A stretch of DNA of 64,000 nucleotides from Ostrea edulis (Eukaryota). Of the stretch, positions 36,951 through 49,762 are shown piece after piece. The notes below the pieces were generated by a model. The model made no database searches, was not told the DNA's origin, and saw nothing but the letters and a program-made list of their open reading frames with translations. A program made the translations under genes and the position numbers. Location of the stretch: contig NC_079166.1 in NCBI RefSeq assembly GCF_947568905.1, positions 23,126,001 through 23,190,000 of the forward strand, in the 5' to 3' direction. The first letter of the stretch is position 1; each line of letters starts with the position of its first letter.

Positions 36951-38521
36951 AAAATTTATCTAGTAGCAATGGGGTAGAAAACTACAGACTTTTGAAAATA
37001 ACTAATTTTGAGCAACATGCATGTAGACCTAATAGCAATGTGGATATACGTGAAAGAAAACAGGAGGAAAGCGATAAGAAAATATAGAAATTTAGAGGAA
37101 ACGTTTGTCAGGTTATAAGTGTTTACACACGGGAAATGGTGATGAAGTATCGTTTTCCACATTAAAATTGTTGTATAATTTCTCGACAAAATGACGAAAT
37201 TCGATTTTATAATGTTTATTGCATGTGATTTGCAAATGATGTTGGACAGTTCTGGTAAGTAATCTGGTCTGTAAATAGAATTGTATTTTCGATAATAAGA
37301 TAATTACATGTGATGTATCGATTTTTTTAATATATCTGTGAATAAAGAGTGTTTCTAGTGGTGCATTGTCAGATTTTTGTCTACGCTTGCCTTCCTATCT
37401 AGCATTCCCTCTGTTATTGGTATTGCTCTGTCATTTTAGTTGTTTAGTCTGTCTTCTTGTTTGTTTTTTGGAGAAACTTGCAATTGGTAATTCTGAAACG
37501 CGATATTTTCGATACGCAAAGTCAATATTTTGCATGTTATAGAACTGGAAAAAAATACTTCTGCATGCAACAACCAGATTTATATTTTGCATGTTTAATT
37601 ATCTATTAATATCCTTCTTTTATTATCAATATGGTGTCAGTTGTTGGCTGCAAACAATATGAATTTCGAAAAAGAATGAATGCGGAAATCGGCCGTTTTC
37701 GTTACGCAGTCAATATTTTGCAAGTTATAGAACTGAAGCAAACTGTTCCATCATTTAACCTCATAAACTTTTACTTACTTTGCAATTTAATAAATACATG
37801 TATGTTCAGTCAAATAATTAATGCTTTCCCTAGTTTGCCATAAAAATCTGCATCTAATAAATGCAGATGATGTCTGCCTTTCAAGTCACGGAGGCGGATC
37901 AACCATCCACCGCATGATGAATGGAGATTATTCTACTTTCGTTTTTAAAGGTCACGGGAAAATGTTTGGACGTCCTGTCTTTTCAAAGAAAGATTACCTA
38001 AGAATAAATTGAATTTAAAAAATAAAATAAAATCAAAGACACGCATAGACCTTTAATAACTCGAATTTATTTTCTTTTTACAAAAATCGGACCAAAATTC
38101 GTTCATTTTCGGCAAAAATGGGTACTGATACGATATATCTCAAGAGCTAGATAGTTGGGATGTCTATTACTTTTTTCGCTAAATTTTAATCTCTCTTTAA
38201 TACAAATATATCAAATATAATGCATAAAACTTATTGCTAATGATATTGACGTGTGTGTGCGTTTGTTTGTTTTTTTCTTACATCAGTTTTAACGTACATA
38301 CATGTATGTATATATGATGCATGTTGAAATTAAATATTACTACATTAGTAATTAGATATTGATTCCAAAGGTTCTTAAAGCGGTTTAAATTAGAAATGAA
38401 ATAACAGCAAAGCATTATTTATATCTTCCAGCGAGATGTGGGTTCTTTAAAACGTCGAAAACCTGTGATCGATTTGAAACTTCGACCATTGTTTTGGCAG
38501 ATTTTTTTCTATATCGCATAT

Positions 38522-39951
38522 GATTGATTGGTTAAATATTGTTTAACGCCCCTCTTGAGAATTTTTCACTCACAGAGACCTCACCACTGCCGGTGAAGGG
38601 CTGCACAATTTAGGCCTATGCTTGGCGCTTATGGCCATTGAGCAGGGAGGGATCTTTATCGTGTCACACCTGCTGTGACACGGGACCTCAGTTTTTGCGG
38701 TCTCAATTCAGTGCTCGAACTGGGCTTCGCCATTTTCGCCAATGGCGAATTTTTTTCAAAATTGGCGAAAAAAAAATTCAAAGTGGCGAAAATCCCTTTT
38801 TGCAATAAATTGTATTTTAAAATCTATCTTGTGATTTCCTTTGTCAGTGACACATTATCGCCAGTTTGTTTATGCAGTCAAAATTTGTTTATTCAGTCAA
38901 CGCGTGCGACCGGAAATCCCGCGTCGATCCAGTGCACACAGAGCTGGTCACAAGGCCAGATAATAGCCTTAAGTAATGTATGGCTGCAAAAAAGTCGGTG
39001 ATTATGTAATAAAGTACATCGGACAGCTATGTACCCTGCTGTGGTCAATTGTTTAACATTTAAAGTCTTATTCATTATTGTGTTATCATTTCCACATTAA
39101 TGTCAAGAACCGACCAGTAATTAAATTGGCCGTATTATTGTGTATAATGTATATACATCAATTGTTTGTTTTTGCGGCCAAGATCGTTGATTACAAGATT
39201 TTGATTTTGATGTGTTTGATTTTAGTTCGAATATTTCATAAACAATGCGGTCGGTCACCATTGATATGGACATAGCAATTTTAATAAATAATTTTCTTTG
39301 AAGTTCAGTGCGCAACAGTATAAAAATGCTAATCTCATAAGACTATGCACCCCATTCTATTTTGACACTAAACTTGTAGCTTCTGACCCTAGTCAGTCTA
39401 AATTTCAAAAGATATCTATGTTTGGCTTTACAGTCAACCCCACCTGCTCAAACATCCGATTCTGTCCAAATTGCAAAATCTTCCATATCAAAACGGAAAT
39501 TTAATAGGGAATGGTTGAGATACGACTCTAAATTGGGCTTGATGTTTTGTGACATCTGCATTTCGGGCAATGTACACAATGTTTTCACTGAGGGGTGTAG
39601 CATCATGAAGTTTATATATGATTTATTATCTGAGTTTTGATTTCCATAATAGAATTTATCAAACAAATCAACTTATTATTTCAGAAAGAAGTGTTTAGGT
39701 ATGATAGCTGGATATGATTAAGTAATGTAACTGATTCAAAATGCTAAAATCAGTGTAATGAATAAAATAATATGATCTAAATAATTGTAAAGCATGAGAT
39801 TATTTGCGCTGCGCCGCACCCCGAAAAAGTGGCGAAAGGGAATTTTGGTCCAGTGGGAGCACTGGGTCTCATCCGAAGACTGCTCCATTTAGTCGCCTCT
39901 TACGACAAGCAAGGGGTACTGAGGACCTACTGAAACCCGGATCCCCACGGG

Positions 39952-39952
<1 letters not shown>
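38522..39952 (-). mobile_element. SINE (non-tRNA head type) split in two by a hAT-like insertion
   Basis: 3' half at 38522-38704 and 5' half at 39865-39952. Joined, they align with the intact copy at 51741-52005. Confidence 0.85.
38709..39864 (+). mobile_element. Internally deleted hAT-like DNA transposon (1156 bp) retaining a TTF-type zinc-finger fragment
   Basis: TIRs CAGTGCTCGAACTGG / CAGTGCTCCCACTGG (13/15). Imperfect target duplication ggtctca. Internal ORF KRKFNREWLRYDSKLGLMFCDIC (39422-39640). Confidence 0.75.
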
Positions 39953-39989
<37 letters not shown>

Positions 39990-40605
39990 TGCTGATTTGA
40001 TTACAATTTTATATGTATTCACACAACACTATCATTATCTGCTGTCCCAGAAACTGATGTGTGAAGCAGTTGGGTTATTTTATTTATCATGTTGTTAATT
40101 TAAATCTTGTCTATAATCAGTATTTCATATATAATTATATAGATATGTGCAGTGCAGAAGTGTGAACTCTGTCAGTATTACCGGTAGTACTTCTAAATGA
40201 TTGTTATTAATTTTCATTATTATAATTAATTGCCTGTTAACATGTACATGCCCCCCGAAGGCCCTTGATTGGTGAAGAAACTATATACTATATATATATA
40301 TATATATATGCACATTTACAGGTACACATATATAATAAAGGTAATTGGGCAGGATGAACATGTGTATATATACATGTATAGATATAAATATTCAGACACC
40401 GTAGTATCGAGGAGGGGCTGCCCCTCCACTTTGGGTGGTGGTGGTGGTGATGTCGACCATTTCCTTCCTATGGGAACAACTTGACCAGCCTAATCACACT
40501 TCAACTTTTATCAATCTTGTGAATTATATAATATATGTGTTGTGATGATTGTTACTAAAAGTTTATATTAGTATTGACGTACGCCCCCTCAATGATTAGG
40601 ATAGA

Positions 40606-40657
<52 letters not shown>

Positions 40658-41247
40658 ACGGTGTTCTGGATAGGCTTGGCCCGCACACTGAAAAATGAAA
40701 ATACATGCATGATATTTATTAAATTCATTTTTTTGAAAAAGTCTGATGTAGTTACATACATTGTCTCTTGGAAACAGACACGTAGCATCATTTATCGGGG
40801 GGGGGGGGGGGGTCGAAGGATAAGTTGGTAGTTAGTTAGCAAATGAAAAAAACCTTTCTGCCTGATCTTCGAATTCTTAAATTGTCGGGGAGTGGTGGTG
40901 GTACTGGTGGGGGGGGGGGGGGGGGAGGGGGAGGGGGGGGGAGGGGGAGGGGGGGGTATCCTTTGCTACATGGGTTCAATTCATAATTTTAAGCCTATTT
41001 TTTTTTCTCATTCAATACTACGATCAAGAATATGTGTGTGTGTGTGGGGGGGGGGGGGTGTCACTCAATATATCCTTATTCGCATATGAAAATAAGTGCC
41101 AGGGAAAAGGATTTAAATATACCACATTGTCTATACATGTACTCAAACAACTTCCCAGAGTCCGTTCTAGATTTAGACTGAATGTTGGTGCATACAATGA
41201 AATGCCCACTGACTGATGTAATTTTCATTTATCAAAGATGAACACTA

Positions 41248-41298
<51 letters not shown>

Positions 41299-42687
41299 GG
41301 AACAATTTAGGGGAATGTCAAGATATAAACACGGACGCATTTTTGTGAGGTTTTTAAATACATTTGCTATATGAAATATACCATCTGAAGTTACATGCAT
41401 ATTACTTGACGTGTTTTGCTGTACCCAAGAAAACGATATCCCATTCATGCAGCATAAATTTGTATCGTTTAGTACATGTACATTTACCACACTTTATTCA
41501 ATATATTTTGTAAATACCCACAGCATGCAGACATATTTTATTCTTATGTACTGTAACATGTATATTGCACACACATGTAAGCAGACATGTTATACAGTCC
41601 TTGGTGTACATGGCATAACAAGTAATTTTATCCGACTCAATCGACGTTTTTAATCGAAGTGTTTATATTTATGACCAAAAAAAAAAAAGAAAAAAAAAAG
41701 AAGAAAATTCAAGAGCCATTTTATTTTCCATATTTCATTTGAATAGGAGGACATTGAACAGCACCTTCGAAAATATGATTGCGTTCTACTCAGCAATTGT
41801 TGACAAATACACGCATTATTTTCCTCACTCTAATTAACACAAGATTATTCCGCAAAATGTCTATGACCACGATAAAGTTACATGTAAATGAATAATGTAT
41901 TTTCCATAGCATGCCAGTTTTCAATAGTCTTTGATCTCAATGAGTATTTTTATATAAAAAGTTAAAATTGTAACTTTTAGAAAAAATATTCTAGAAGAAT
42001 CAGGGTACGGTAAATCCTATAAGGTCGATGACGTCGTTCCGAAAAAGCGACCGTCGGAAGATAGCATCAGAGTTAACAATGCAATATTGTAACGTTATTT
42101 TCTCAATATCAGCAACAAGTAAATGGTACATGTTATATATGAATGAAACTAGAAAATTACCACCTTTCTACCTGCAAAATATGATCGGATTTTGGCCAAT
42201 AACGTCCCTTGTTCTTTGTGATCCTGAGACCAAGACAACCCTACAGTAGGAAGTTGTTTTTATAGTAGATAATACCTTGATTGTAGATAGCATGACTCCC
42301 GAGCCAAAGTAATGTCTACAGTAGATACTGAAAATTATCTTTCGAAACCGTTTTTGATCATCCCCAATGCCAATATCAAGATAAAAAAGAACATAAAGAG
42401 TCGGCGTGAACAGTTGTTTAATTGTTGCCTTTCTGTCTGACTGTCATCGTATTATCATTATTGGTCGAATTTGATGGTGTATCTGGAATGTAATTTCGAT
42501 GAAACGTGTGACTTCTGTGTTTTTCATTTCAAATGGAGCAATCATATCAGGATTTGCATAAAACTGTTGTTGTTTTAATGGTTTGAATAAGAAAACATTG
42601 TGACTTGATGTTTGATGAATATCTGAAATGCTGACAGATTTGTAAAAAAAAAAAAAAAAGTATATTATTCTTTTTTGTGTTTTACAG

Positions 42688-45600
42688 GACAAAGAGCATG
42701 CAACGACGATAGTAAGTAGCGTATTACGTGAAAAATTGTTTATACCAATGTGGGATGTGTTGGATACATGTACAATGATTATGATTATATATTACAGCTG
42801 TGATCCATTTCCGTGTCATCTCGATTTTCTTCGGATTATCTTTCATGCATTTAAGCATTACAACCCAAAACAATTAAGCTATTAATTTACTGAAATTCAA
42901 TTACTAGTTAATCTATGAAATGGACCAAATGATATGGTCAGTATGCTTTGATACAGAGTCCGCTGATTAGAAGAAGAATCATTTTCAACCTTCAATGAAA
43001 GATGATTGGAATCAGGTCGTTTTAAAACTCAACTAATATGTTATTGCGATTTAAAAAGGTAAACAACATATATTTACAGATATATCCAGGTTTAATCATT
43101 CACACAATTTTTTTCAGGATTTGTGATTGACAATTCCAGTGGACAGGAAATTTCCAATAATAACATTCTTATAGATTTTGGCATCATTGAAACTCAGTGT
43201 GACTGTAAGGTCAGTTTCAATTTCTCTGGTGAGTATTTCTACAGTTTGGCAGCAAATCCCGGATATGATGGCTGTGGGACAGCGATAGAAATATCAGTTG
43301 ATAGCAATACAACCTTTAGATTACCTTGTTCATTCAAGCAACCAAGCACTGTATTTGGTACATCTGACGAAACCAGCGATACTGTGAAGTTGATACCTTC
43401 CGTCAATCAGAACATCAAAGGAAACAGTGGTTACTGTGTACGCATTGCAAGTAACAGTGAGTGACATTTTTTTCTTTTCGAATTAAAAAAAAGAAATTAC
43501 AGTAAAACACGATTATAGCGAACATTCAGGACAAGCAAACAATGATTCGGTGTAACAAGGCACTTTTACATTCAATAAAGTTTTGTTATTTTCCACTCCT
43601 AGGGGAATAAACATCTCTTCATAATACGTGTGATTGCGTTATTAGTGTTTTCATTACATTTTACTGTATGCATGTACAGATGGACGGGTTAAAGCAACAT
43701 TAGGAACCAGAAACACTAACGTGTACATCAATTTTCAGAAATATCAAATTACTTCCATGCCTACTGTGGCACGTTAGAAACAGAGTGGTCAACGACTGCA
43801 GGTTACCAGCCGATCAGCACTGATGCAGTGTTGCAAAGAAATACATCTGGCTCCAGAGTCGATAAGACGAGCTCACTACAGTGTATGTTTAGGGTTGTGT
43901 AGGTTTAGTAGAACGATTTTATTCGTACTGTACCACCTCTTGTATGTCCAGGGGTTCATGTTTACTCAACTCTTAATTTTTAAATCCTTATAGAAAATAT
44001 AAAATCTGTCATTGTTTGTTCTCTCCACATTTTAAAGGACATATGAAACACGTGAAAAGTGATTAGGTTTATGAAATACATTCAATTTATTCATACATGC
44101 ATGAAATAAAGAATTATGTTTTATTTCTTATCATTTAATCATATTTTTTAAAATAGAAAAACAATTGGTTTTTCTCACCAAAAAGTTTGAATTTACGTTT
44201 CTGAAATGGCGCGTAGGAGTACCTATTCATAACAAAGAAAACAACAACAAAACTGGCTGTGCGTTCGGTTGAGATAGAGTTACTGTGAAAAATTAAATGA
44301 ATTATACGCTAAATGAAATGTACAATTGTTAAAAACTGAAATAAATAAAAAGGAAGAGAAGTGGTGATTGGATGTATGCTGCATTGCATTCGAGACGTTG
44401 AACACTGGTTGTGTCGTAGGAACGGTGGAATGCGACTCGGCCCCATTTCAATATCAAATAAAAAGCTCAACACCTCTTCATCTAAATTGCGCTCATTGAC
44501 TGAGCCCCATATAACGCAGTTCAATTTCATTAATATTTACCAGATCAAAAGTCGCTGCTTCTCCGTCTTCTTATCGAACTCGTAAAGCAGACGATACATA
44601 CCGTAATATGTCGACTTTTACCAGTCAGCGCCCTACGTCATCAAGTTTACTGTTCTGCCACGTCATCACTAGGCCTCTTTATGTTGCTTCTTTAAATCAA
44701 TTTGTATTGTATTCACATCTTTGGTTGTGTTTATTTTTGGTAGCATCAAACAAATACATTTCGTTTACAATGCATCTGTGGAAATTTCCGAACTATAAAT
44801 AGCGCTAAAATTAGAACGGCCGTTAACGGGGAAAACGCATTTCAGAGAAAAGTAGTCCCGCGTGTTTAGTGCAGAGTAACTCCGCACAATTTTGTTTGAC
44901 ACAGAAATCAAACAAATTTTTCATCCAATCAGTATCGTTGTTAAGTGATCACTTTAAAAGTTATTAAATGGTTACGTTTTAAGAGTAATGATGTAAATAG
45001 GGTAGCTTTAATGGACTTTGAATTTAAAGGACCAATGATGGCCAGAAGAGAAAACAAGCAACTATTATATATGTTAAGATAAGAAATAGTTGAGGGGATA
45101 AATTGGAAACTTTTTGTTGCTTTTGAGATTTGTTTTTCTTCTTCATATCTTGATTTCATGGTTCAAATGATATATTGTATTGTGGAACAGCTAAAAATTC
45201 AAATTTGAGAAAATATTTATTCCAAGACAAAAAATAATAAACTCCACTAATTAATGGTGCTACAGTATTAACATATTGCATATTTGACTACAAGAAAACA
45301 GTTACGTTGATTTGAAACTCTTGGTTGGCAAAGCTTGTATCATTGTCAAACTAGGTTTCATTATCAGCTTTTCACGATTTCAGACAATTCTGAATATAAG
45401 TTCTAATTGTAGATAGGGAGATGGGTATCAACAGCACACTAATCTGTTATTTCTGTTTAGTATACATACATCAAAATATCAACTTCGAACTTTTCAGGGA
45501 TAGTAATTGGTGCAGCGTCCTGTGGAAGTGCGGCTATATTCGCAGTATTTACAGTGATTATAGTGTGGATCCATAAAAGGTGTTTATTGTGAAATCGAAT

Positions 45601-46671
45601 GAATTTGAAAAATATAAATGAATTAGAAAATAAGGACAATGAATATAAAAAAAACCCAACAAATACAGTAGTTAACTCGTTTATTATACTTTTATATCAA
45701 ATATTTCAGTCTGAATGCATGACATACTTTGGATAAAATACCCATAATGATTCTCCGTATGAGAGATTGATAAGCTTCCCGGGATGATGTATATAAAGAA
45801 AGTCAGGTCTCATGACATGCGTTCGTTAGTTTTCTAAAATTTTCATTCCTTACATCTGAAATTTGCAAAACACTGAGCAAGACTCGTTTTGGTGCTGGTT
45901 ATAGAGACTGCATTCACCTAGAATACATTTAGATGCATTATATTTGCTGTAGTATTCCTTATGACGTCATTTAGAGATTTTACCAAGCGACATTTCAAAC
46001 ACGCATCCAAAACGACACTAGGCATTCATTGACAAAACAACATATTGTAACGCCACGGATTACATCAGTATAATCAAGAACACAGCTTTTTAAAAATATA
46101 TTTACAATAAACGGGTAATGTTACACAGTTTTGTTTCAAGGTCCTAGTTGCATTCACTACAACGCAGATGTTGCATGTAATTAAGAGTGATATTGTGTAG
46201 CAATATTTTCATCGGAAAATGCTTATAACTTAATTTATTATAATGAATTATCACACCATTGAATCTATACACAGTGCTAATATGTAATGACCCATTCTCT
46301 ATTGTTTTGCAAATATCATGCATCAAATTCAAACTTTTATTTTCATTTAACCCCACATCAAAAGACACAAGAAGGATGTTCCTTATACGAAAAAGACATT
46401 ATCAAGTCAACAAGCAGTTGGAAAGGAGAAGAGAGTTGAAAGTGGTCTTAAGGACAACCCGTTGTATCAATCAGCTGATAGAGATTCGTACATGCGTAGT
46501 CAGAACCCAACTTGTCCATCGATCTGCAATAGTCTTGGTTTGATAGAGAACACTTTATATCAGTCTGCAGATGATGATGTACAGGGTAGAGAGGAGAGTT
46601 TTAAGAACATGGACAGCGACAATATATCTGATCTCCCAATGTATTCAGAAATAAACCATAGCCATAAATAA
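42688..46671 (+). pseudogene. CUB-like-ectodomain receptor paralog (gene C), decayed in the cytoplasmic exons
   Basis: Exons 42688-42711 (microexon GQRACNDD), 43118-43456, 43739-43882, 45498-45579 (TM IVIGAASCGSAAIFAVFTVIIVWI), 45710-45806 (stops in all three frames) and 46351-46671 (acceptor reads AA not AG; NPLYQS, NTLYQS, MYSEI). A possible signal exon lies at 37191-37254 (low confidence). Confidence 0.6.
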
Positions 46672-49600
46672 ACAAGGAGGATAAGGAACAGTCTAACTCC
46701 GATTATCTCAAATATAGCTGCAGAATTTAGAGTAAGGTCATTAGACTAGCTGTGATATACATTAGAGTACTAGAGTATGCGCCATGAATAAGGCTTCAGG
46801 AGGGAGACTATTTTGCGCATTGATGCGTGTCCAAGATGGAGTCAAAATTCAAACTTTAGTTCAAACATACATCATTGATACATTAATGTATATCAAATTT
46901 TTAGAAAAGTTTCATAATGGAACTAATTCACCCCCCCCCCCCCTTATACATACAGTGAACATAGACCTTCACCTGGGGGACATTTCAGTTAGTTAATGCA
47001 ATATACATGTACATGTATTCTCAGTTATCCAATAGTGAGTTTTTGGTTCATTGTGAAACTACAATTAGAAATCTTAAACATATGAAATACACACCTATCT
47101 GTGAGAGCAAGATGACTCAGATGAACTTACATGTAGTGATCCATGGGCAGTCCATGGGTCTCTTTCCATTGATATTAATTATTTATTGAAATATGAAATG
47201 GTTATTTAAACATATTTGGTGTATTATACTGTATAGTGATATAAATTTCTATCAAAAATATGTATAGGTAATAAATTTGGTCCAGTTATTACAAGAAATT
47301 GTATGAAAAATAACTAAATATTTAGGCAATCATTGTGAGTGCGAAAAGGTCAACTGCAATAGCACACACTATATATCATTCTTAAATGGCTCATAAAAAC
47401 TTCTAGTATTGTGAGTTTGAATGCTCCATATTGTAATTTGGGAATGCTTAATCATTTAAGGTCAATAGTTTATCTCTGCTGACTGTATCTCTTAAAATTC
47501 ATTTCTAGAAGGGGGGGGGGGGGGGTAGGGTTACAAAATCTGACATAGTTTCAGATTAAACCTCATTTGGTATATTTTTTTATATTCAATATTTTAGATA
47601 CTACTTGACTTATTGTAAAAATGAAATAAAATCAAAAATTTTATGAGCAGAATTTTGTTGTTGTCAAAAAATGTATGCCTGATAGTATTTGAGAAACGCC
47701 ATATTTAGGGTAAATTTGGACAATTGCCAAGTCGAATCATCCCAATGTCTTCCTTAGATGCATTTTGAATTTCTAATCAATGTTGACATTTTATCTGTTT
47801 GTGTTTGATTTACATAACTATATATGATAAACAATATTTCTGGTGTCAATAAAATTTTTATTGGCTTTTGTGTTAATTTGCTCAATTTTGGCATTTTTTG
47901 CCTTTAGGTGCTGCAAAAGAGGGGATTTAAATATCGCTTTCCTCGACAATTAACCTGATTACTTTTGTTGATTTTTTTATATGTTTTAGGATAAAGTCAA
48001 AATTTTATAATAAATAAAATTGAAAAAAAATTCAATGAACGGTTTTTTGGGGGCTAGTTATCAATAGCTATCTGAAAAGAAGTTTAAAACTAAACAAAAC
48101 AAACCAACATATCTAAAGTGCTGAAACAGTAAAAGTAAATATATCATATATTTTTATTTAAAGAAATTCATGAACTCGTTCATCTATTTAGTCGTATTAC
48201 TATTTTTCTATTTCTCAATTGGCTAAAAATTAAAATATTGATAATCATACCATTTATTGTTAACAAATTAAGTGTGTGATTACAAACTGCACGTAAGTCT
48301 TGTATTTTTGGTATTCAAAAAAAAAAACATGAATAACTGTAGAAGAAACTAATAAACAAAGCAGGATGGCGGCGCCCATATGGATCACAAAATTTTCAGT
48401 GAACGTATGTAGAGATTATCTCTATTCATTTGCTGATTTTCTCATTGTTTTTCTTTTACATACGTATTACTTTCAGAGCTTTGCTTCGAGGACGGGCCGA
48501 AGGCCCGTCCGAACTTCGCTCAATATAAATGTACATGCACATAAAAAAAAAATTTTTTGGGGGGGGAAATAATAGGATTCGTTGAAATGCATTTAACTAT
48601 ATTTGTATCAAGAATGACCGTTGACAAAGATTGATCATTACTGTCTAAACTGGACTTTTTTTCTGCATTTATCATTTCCTCAGAAAGTAAAATAATATGT
48701 CTTACGGCGTGACCGTGTTTGAGGGCGAAGCAAAAAATATTGGCATTAGTATATAAATCCATAACAGGACAAATGTATCCCGAAATATTAGCACCTAACG
48801 TGTGAGGACAAAGCTCAATCAAAGTATTCTAACTTTAGACAGTTTTGATCCGCCTATTCATTGAATGTGGGAAACGCTATGCAACTGATGTAAACAGTGC
48901 ATTGCGACGTCATATTCAGCGTCGGTGTTTAGCAAATACGCAAACATAGGAGACATGGCACAATCGCGTTATTCAAGGAGTGATTATATATGATTAAGAA
49001 AATAAGATTTACATGCTTTTACGGGTTTTATGTAACATCTCAGAACGACGTGAACTTGGGTACACGAGATTCAAAATGGGGAAATACATGTCCATGCGCT
49101 AGTATTCGAATCGACGCCATTGGGACCAAAATGTTTAAGTTCCATAGGTATGGTTTAATTTTTCATTAGTTTTCAATATATTCCTTTTAAACATGTATAT
49201 ACGTGTTACATTGTAGCTATAGGGAGAGCTCCGCTCTCACAGCCCTTGGGGCCGTGAGAGGGCTTCGCCCTCTATTAGGATAAACCATTGGAAATAAAAA
49301 TGATTTGCCTTTCGATGATTCAATTAGATGACATTGTTTCAGTCAGATGATAAATAAGTTCTTGCGTGTACCAATATCACATTGACTGAATCTATAGTTG
49401 CAGGTGAGAATTTTGGAGGTTTTTAATTCGTCTCTTTATGCATCTAATCCCACCCCTTGTGTCTTCAGGGGCCCTTGTTTATCCTGTTCTCGATTTTGAA
49501 TTGTTTAGAAGATTGTAGAGTGATTTCTCTTTTGAAAATTAACCAACAATCTTCTATCATCTGTATATATGCATATCTTTCTATTTATCTATGTCAATGG

Positions 49601-49762
49601 GGTCAAACTACTTATTCGTTCATAAACGTATATGACCCATGGTTACGTGCTTCAGTTGAATTTCGTTGAAAGAAAACTGGATATAACTGAATACAACATG
49701 ATATAACGTTAGCTTCAAGTTCATCGACCTGTTACTGCATTTTATATTCTGTTACAATAGAG

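Noticed and set aside
40880-40960. Poly-Gly ORF / G-quadruplex-like tract
   Set aside because: This is a low-complexity G run typical of these genomes, with no coding or regulatory evidence.
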